This document shows, in pieces, positions 60,114 to 64,000 of a DNA stretch of 64,000 bases. Position 1 is the first letter of the stretch. Every line of letters starts with the position of its first letter. A program made the translations under genes and the position numbers. The notes below the pieces were generated by a model. That model worked only from the letters and a program-made list of their open reading frames with translations, was not told where the DNA came from and made no database searches. Origin of the DNA: an uncultured Acidobacteriota bacterium (GTDB lineage: Bacteria; Acidobacteriota; UBA6911; RPQK01; JAPXNP01); NCBI GenBank assembly GCA_963777605.1, contig CAVZRV010000010.1:256001-320000 (forward strand). Direction: 5' to 3'.

Positions 60114-62303
60114 CTACAGGTTCTCCAGGATGAACCGGGTGATCAGCAAACGCAGATGGTAGACGTGACGCGGGGATCGAACGCCGTGACGGGCCCCGGG
60201 GTAAAGCATCAGATCGAACATCTTCGCCGCTTTCTCGAGTTCGTCGACGAGCTTGATTGTGTTCTGCATGTGCACGTTGTCATCGATCGTCCCGTGGATC
60301 AGAAGGAGCCGCCCTTCCAGGCTGGAAGCGGCCTCAATGACCGAGGTCGATTGGTAACCGGACGAGTTGGTCTGCGGAAGTCCCATGTAGCGTTCCGTGT
60401 AAATGCTGTCGTAGAGGTGCCAGTCTGTGACCGGCGCACCAGCGATCCCGACCTTGAAACTGTCACTGTGAGTGAGAGCATAGGAGGTAAAGTACCCGCC
60501 GTAACTCCATCCCCAAACCCCGATTCGGGAACCGTCGATAAAAGGCTTCTCCCGCAGCCAATTCACGGCGTCCTCGAGGTCGCGCAGTTCCACTTCGCCA
60601 AGCCGGTGATGAACGGGCCACGAGTACTTGGCTCCCTTTCCGCTGGCCGACCGGTTGTCACAGTAGAAGACCAGGTAACCTTTCTGCGCCATCATCTGGT
60701 GCCAGAGGTAGCCCGTCCCGCCCCAAGAGTTCCGGACTGTGGGCGATTGAGGGCCGCCGTAGACACTGATCAAGACCGGGTAACGCCGGTCTTGAGAGAA
60801 ATTCGGAGGCTTGATCCACATGGCCTCCATCTCGAATCCGTCGCGGGCCGGGACTTTGAAAAACTCCACTTTGCCCAGTCGATACTCGGCCAGTTTGGAC
60901 TTGTCGCCGCCGCCGAGTTCCCGAACCAGGCTCCCGTCCGCACGATGCAGCGAAACCTGGCGCGGAGTTGAGATATCACTCCACGAGTCGATATATAAGC
61001 CACTCTTGGAACTCAACTTTACCGAGTGAAAACCATCTCTTCGTGTGATCCGTTCCCGGTTCGTGCCGTCCAGGCGTATGCGATAGAGGTGCTGTTGAGG
61101 TGCCCCGTCCGCTTTACCGGAAAAATAGACCCACCCGGCATTCTCATCGACACCTTCCAGGCCTGTGACTTCCCACTCGCCCGAAGTCACTGGTCCCAGC
61201 AGCTTCCCTTCCGCGGAGTAGTGGTAAATGTGACGAAAGCCGTCCCGCTCACTCTCCCACAGGAACGAACCATCCTCCATCCACTCCGGTTCACCGAGCA
61301 CGTTGACCCACGCCGGCGACTCCTCCCGGAAAAGCACGGTCTCTTCCCCGCTCGAGCGGCTGAGCGCGGCCAGGTCCAACCAGTTTTGTTCCCTGTTCTG
61401 GACCTGGCAGATCACACGATTGGAATCGGGCGCCCACTTGACCCGGACCAGGAGAGGCTCATCCCGGAAGTAGCGCTCAAGGTTGGCCCACCGGAGCGCC
61501 CCGTCGTTCACCGAGATAATTCCGAGCCGCACCTTCGGGTTCGGGTCTCCAGGCTTGGGATACCAGGTTTTCTCGATCTTGAGTTGAACCGGGCGGTGGT
61601 CCACGACCGTAAATTCGGGCACATTCTGTTCGTTCAGCTGTAGAAACGCAATCGACGAGGAGTCCGGGCTCCACCAAAAACCTCGAAACCGTCCCCGTCC
61701 ATAGACCTCCTCCTGGTAAACCCAGTCCAGTTTCCCGTTGAGGACAGTGGGAGAACCGTCTTCGGTCAGCCGGGTAGAGAAAGAACCGTCAACCGCAACC
61801 ACCCAAAGGTCGTTTCCTTTCACAAAAGCCGCCATCTTCCCGGAAGGACTCAGTTGCGCTTCTTCCTCCTCTTCCCGATCACTAGTCAGCCTCGTTAGGC
61901 GGTTCTGCTCACGGTCGTATGCAAAGAGATCACTGCCCCAACTGATCAGGAAGGTCCGCTCGTCTTGTGCCATCTCCACATGTGACTTCCGTGCCAAGGT
62001 CCCCGAATCCTCCCCGTTGAAGCCTGTGAGCTTCTCCGCCGCGGCCTGGAGCTGGTTCGGGTCCAGCAACGTCTCGGAGTCCCCACTCCCGGCATCGACT
62101 CGCACGAGCCGGTTGTTGGACTGTCGTTCCAGGTAGTGCCTGCCGTCAGACAGCCACTCACGGCTGACGGGAGGCGGCCCATCAAAGTCGATCTGGTGGT
62201 CAGGTTCGTAGAGTTCCTCGAGTGTCAGCAGTTGGTCTTGAGCAAGGCCGAACGAGGCCGTCAGGAGGCACGGCAATGCGAATCTCAGGCAGCTTTTGAA
62301 CAT
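60114..62303 (-). CDS. S9B dipeptidyl peptidase IV
   Basis: DWVYQEE, GWSYGG, DDNVH and C-terminal catalytic His region. Signal peptide from ATG 62303. Confidence 0.95.
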   Translation of the reverse strand: MFKSCLRFALPCLLTASFGLAQDQLLTLEELYEPDHQIDFDGPPPVSREWLSDGRHYLERQSNNRLVRVDAGSGDSETLLDPNQLQAAAEKLTGFNGEDSGTLARKSHVEMAQDERTFLISWGSDLFAYDREQNRLTRLTSDREEEEEAQLSPSGKMAAFVKGNDLWVVAVDGSFSTRLTEDGSPTVLNGKLDWVYQEEVYGRGRFRGFWWSPDSSSIAFLQLNEQNVPEFTVVDHRPVQLKIEKTWYPKPGDPNPKVRLGIISVNDGALRWANLERYFRDEPLLVRVKWAPDSNRVICQVQNREQNWLDLAALSRSSGEETVLFREESPAWVNVLGEPEWMEDGSFLWESERDGFRHIYHYSAEGKLLGPVTSGEWEVTGLEGVDENAGWVYFSGKADGAPQQHLYRIRLDGTNRERITRRDGFHSVKLSSKSGLYIDSWSDISTPRQVSLHRADGSLVRELGGGDKSKLAEYRLGKVEFFKVPARDGFEMEAMWIKPPNFSQDRRYPVLISVYGGPQSPTVRNSWGGTGYLWHQMMAQKGYLVFYCDNRSASGKGAKYSWPVHHRLGEVELRDLEDAVNWLREKPFIDGSRIGVWGWSYGGYFTSYALTHSDSFKVGIAGAPVTDWHLYDSIYTERYMGLPQTNSSGYQSTSVIEAASSLEGRLLLIHGTIDDNVHMQNTIKLVDELEKAAKMFDLMLYPGARHGVRSPRHVYHLRLLITRFILENL

Positions 62304-62459
62304 GGCGGCAATCTTAGCATCGGCCACCAGTACTGGCACGTCAAAGCTCCGCCGGACGGGAACAGAGCGCGAGATTTCTCGCCAAGCCCATTGAAAAAGC
62401 GCCCCGCACGGAATACAAACGCTTCCAGAACCGTATTGCCACCATCAAGGAGGAGGAGA

Positions 62460-63200
62460 ATGGAAGCACACGTACCGTCCGTCGGTCCCGAGCAGCAGGC
62501 AACCAAAGGAGCTTTGTGGAGGCTCCAGGGAATCTTCTTCGAGCCATCGGCCACGTTCGAAGACATCAACCGGAAACCGGGCTTCGTCGTTCCGCTGTTA
62601 GTCGGGATACTGTTGGCTCTCGTCACCTGGCAGGTGATTGGTCACCTCGTCAACCTGCAAGAGATCCTGATGGTGAGCATGAAGACGAACCCTCAAGTGG
62701 CCGACAAGGTTTCCCCCGAACAGATGCAGCAGCAGGCGAGCTTTCTGGTTCCCTTTATACAGTATGTGGCTCCCCTGCTGGGAGTCCCGATCATGATCTT
62801 CCTGACCTCGGGCGTACTTATGCTGATGGTCTGGATCTCCGGCTCGGAAACGACCTTTTCTAAGATCGCGAGCGTGGTCTCCTACTCGATGTTCCTCCAG
62901 GGCTTGATTGGAGGCATCCTTATGATCCTGGTTTTCGCTCTGGCCAGCGATCCCCTCGCAATTGACCTGAAAAACCCGGTCATGACCAACATTGGAAGAT
63001 TCGTAGACGCAAGCGAATCTCCGGTGCTCAACCGGTTGCTGTCTTCAGTGGATATCCTGGTCTGGTACGTGATCTTCCTGCTCGGCCTCGGCCTCTCGAA
63101 AATCGCGCGCCCAATGACTATCGCCCGCGGGGTTATCCTTGTTGCGGTCCCGTACCTGCTCTACGTAGCCGCTTCAGCAGGACTGGCAGCATTATTCTAG
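62460..63200 (+). CDS. Yip1-family membrane protein
   Basis: IFFEPSATFEDI..KP.F..PL pattern, 5 TM helices, AGGAGG RBS. Confidence 0.85.
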   Translation: MEAHVPSVGPEQQATKGALWRLQGIFFEPSATFEDINRKPGFVVPLLVGILLALVTWQVIGHLVNLQEILMVSMKTNPQVADKVSPEQMQQQASFLVPFIQYVAPLLGVPIMIFLTSGVLMLMVWISGSETTFSKIASVVSYSMFLQGLIGGILMILVFALASDPLAIDLKNPVMTNIGRFVDASESPVLNRLLSSVDILVWYVIFLLGLGLSKIARPMTIARGVILVAVPYLLYVAASAGLAALF

Positions 63201-63206
63201 GAAGGG

Positions 63207-63234
63207 AAAAATGGGAGGCGGAGATCCCGCCTCC
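63207..63234 (-). terminator. Terminator of the rpoA-rplQ operon
   Basis: GGAGGCGG/CCGCCTCC stem with a T-tract on the minus strand. Confidence 0.7.
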
Positions 63235-63252
63235 TGAGGTCTGTAGCTGAGG

Positions 63253-63789
63253 TTACTTTGCCGGCTTGGACTCGGGAGCCTTTTCAGCCTTCTTCGTGCG
63301 CTTCTTGGCAGTGCCGGCAGGTTTGGCAGGCTTCTTCTCTTTGCCCGAAGCAGCACTCTTGGAAGCAGCCTTCTTCCCTGAAGACTTGGTTTGCTTAGCC
63401 TTTTTGGCCGGCTTCTCTTCTTCCCCCTTGGGTGCTGCGTCAACGAACTCGAGAAGAGCCATCTCCGCCGCATCCCCGGGCCGGACTCCAAGGCGGAAGA
63501 TCCGGGTGTAGCCGCCGTTTCGGTCGGCAAAACGCGGAGCCAGCGAGTCGAACAACTTGAACACTACCTCTTTTTTTCGGAGGTAGGACAACGCCTGCCG
63601 CCGGGCATGGAGATTTTCCCGCTTTCCCAGCGTGATCATTCGTTCCGCGGCGGATCGCACTTCCTTAGCCTTCGGAACCGTCGTGACCATCTTCTCGTTC
63701 TCGAAAAACTCAGTCACCATCGTGCGCAACAGCGCCTTCCGATGGCTTGTTGTTCTGCCCAGCCTACGGCCGGCTCTACGGTGTCGCAT
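63253..63789 (-). CDS. rplQ: 50S ribosomal protein L17 with Lys/Ala-rich tail
   Basis: [12 protein letters not shown]...TTVPKAKE...RNGGYTRI. Confidence 0.98.
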   Translation of the reverse strand: MRHRRAGRRLGRTTSHRKALLRTMVTEFFENEKMVTTVPKAKEVRSAAERMITLGKRENLHARRQALSYLRKKEVVFKLFDSLAPRFADRNGGYTRIFRLGVRPGDAAEMALLEFVDAAPKGEEEKPAKKAKQTKSSGKKAASKSAASGKEKKPAKPAGTAKKRTKKAEKAPESKPAK

Positions 63790-63860
63790 CTTCTCCTCCG
63801 CTCAAATCCTGATAGCCTTCACAGGCAGAATTCACATCCATTCCCGACGGAAATATCGCG

Positions 63861-64000
63861 CTAGTCCTCGGATTCCTGGCCTCCAATGAGCCTGCCCTGT
63901 TCGTCGATCCTCATTCCAAAAGAGAGTCCCATATCAGCGAGAATTTCCTTGATCTCATTGAGGGACTTTCGGCCGAAATTCTTCGTTTTAAGCATCTCGG
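63861..64000 (-). CDS. rpoA: RNA polymerase alpha subunit (3' end only)
   Basis: Manual translation [29 protein letters not shown]...stop, directly upstream of rplQ. Confidence 0.96.
   Translation of the reverse strand, partial: EMLKTKNFGRKSLNEIKEILADMGLSFGMRIDEQGRLIGGQESED

Noticed and set aside
63253-63440. Lys/Ala-rich low-complexity tail of L17
   Set aside because: Such extensions are common in L17 from many bacteria.

Overview
This 64-kb window is high-GC bacterial chromosome, probably Acidobacteriota (inferred from the acidobacterial-type VWA protein, the HEAT-repeat, M14 and DUF5916 secreted proteins, and lptE). Most of it is housekeeping: proC, lipA, nuoA-I, HU, nfo, ppdK, ino1, glyQS, recO, pssA/psd, ddl, phoH, rpsT, holA, lptE, dcd, archease-rtcB, rplQ and the 3' end of rpoA, plus secreted hydrolases. 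The standout is an AT-richer six-gene operon at 41872-45300. It encodes a 73-aa precursor-like peptide (Sec-type leader and a hydrophobic 45-aa core with two Cys), a Yip1-type membrane protein, a SpoIIM/DUF95 membrane protein, a membrane-anchored CxxC thioredoxin-fold protein, and an ABC ATPase plus permease. This is the gene set of head-to-tail circular bacteriocin clusters, here in a diderm host and with an added disulfide module, so it is a candidate new cyclic or disulfide-bonded RiPP system. Also notable are a +1 frameshift in nuoC and a probable one in the nuoB tail, inverted hairpin-plus-heptamer repeats bracketing a CocE/NonD hydrolase gene, and a tandem zinc-ribbon protein coupled to nfo. 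No rRNA, tRNA, CRISPR array, integrase or transposase was recognised. All family assignments are from motif recognition by eye, not from database searches.
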